64,000 nt of DNA. Source: Lama glama. Taxonomy: Eukaryota. The notes beneath the pieces were generated by a model, which saw only the letters and a program-made list of their open reading frames with translations, was not told where the DNA came from and made no database searches. Where the stretch lies: positions 8,744,001 through 8,808,000 of the forward strand of contig CM052817.1 of assembly GCA_028534125.1 (NCBI GenBank), written 5' to 3'. The position numbers were made by a program, and so were the translations under genes. The stretch's first letter is position 1; the number at the start of each line of letters is the position of its first letter. Below, piece by piece: positions 63,090 through 64,000 of the stretch.

Positions 63090-63530
63090 CAATAAATAAA
63101 TATTAAGCACATACTCTATCTCAATTTTATTTTAGAGACTAGGAATAGATGACGAATAAGACAGATAAATTCCCTATCTAATACAGCTTATAATTCTTGG
63201 GAAAGGGAGGCAGACATTAATATGTAAATCATTTAACAAATAAAATAATTTTAGGTAGTAATAAGTTTTATGAAAACAAAAAAATACAATGAAATAAGAT
63301 AAAGAGGGTTTAGGGGGAAAGGGTGTTACAGTTGACAGGGTGGTCAGGGAGGGCTTCTCTGAGGAAGTGACATTTGAGCCAAGATCCAAGGATGAGAAGA
63401 TCTAGAAGAAAAGTTTTCTCACAAGAGGATGCAGTGGGTGTTCCATGCGCAGGACACAGTATAGAAGTCCTAAGCTGAGAATGAGCCAGGCCTGTGCCAA
63501 GAGCAGAAAAGAGGTGGACTGGACCCAGGC
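63090..63530 (-). mobile_element. L2 3' region
   Basis: ACAGGGTGGTCAGGGAGGGCTTCTCTGAGGAAGTGACATTTGAGC. Confidence 0.85.
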
Positions 63531-63567
63531 TATGAGATACAATGGATCAGCCTCACTTGTCCAGAGG

Positions 63568-64000
63568 TTTGATGGTTAATTGTATGCCACAGTATGCCCA
63601 GAAATCTGATTAAACATTATGTTTAGGTGTGCCTGTGAGGAAGTTTCCAGAAGATTAGCATGTGACTTGGTGGACTAAGTTAAGCAGATTGCCCTCCTGG
63701 TGTGGATGGGCTTCACATACTCCACTGAGGGCCTGAATGGAACAAAAAGGGGAGGGAGGTTGAATTTGCACTCTGTCTGACTGCTTCAGCTGGGATCTCA
63801 ATCTTCTCCTGCCCTTGACACTTATGGTTCTCAGGGCTTCATTCCCAGACTAAGAACTACACCAACAGCTCTCTGGCTCGTAGGCCTTTAAACTGCACCA
63901 CCAGCCTTCCGGGTCTCCAGCTTGCAGATGGCAGGTTGTGGAACTTCTCAGCTTTCATAATAGTGTGAGCCAATCCCTTACATTAAATATTTTCCTATTG
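63568..64000 (+). mobile_element. MLT2 (ERVL) LTR running to the window end
   Basis: TGATGGTTAATTGTATG...TAAACATTAT...GCAGATTGCCCTCC...GGGTCTCCAGCTTGCAGATGGCAG...GTGAGCCAATCCCT. Confidence 0.9.

Noticed and set aside
1..64000. Prokaryotic-type systems (CRISPR, operons, defence islands), tRNA/rRNA genes, processed pseudogenes
   Set aside because: The sequence is mammalian repeat-rich DNA; no repeat-spacer array, structured RNA gene or recognisable mRNA-derived sequence was seen.

Overview
Mammalian non-coding genomic DNA (intergenic or deep intronic), AT-rich and CpG-depleted, with three assembly gaps (500, 100 and 500 N). I recognise no protein-coding gene, RNA gene or prokaryotic system; the supplied ORFs are chance ORFs, N-run artefacts or LINE-1 remnants. 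A large part of the window is interspersed repeat: L1 (old L1M types and younger cetartiodactyl-type 3' ends), L2, MIR, MaLR/ERVL solo LTRs (MLT1, MLT2) and hAT/Tigger MITEs. Young L1 ends and the absence of ruminant, pig, primate or carnivore SINEs suggest a camelid (inference). The most notable items are: (i) a well-preserved LF-SINE ('living fossil' SINE) head at about 51405-51555 (-), with an intact B-box, a 17-bp AP-1-centred palindrome and a possible antisense 75-nt stop-containing exon; (ii) a 62-bp near-perfect inverted repeat at 48997-49144 whose loop carries a competing 18-nt copy of one arm; (iii) a template-switch-type micro-inversion flanked by a perfect 31-bp inverted repeat at 7045-7239; (iv) several motif-dense, repeat-free enhancer-like islands. 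Repeat family names come from my recollection of consensus sequences, not from a search, and most repeat boundaries are approximate.
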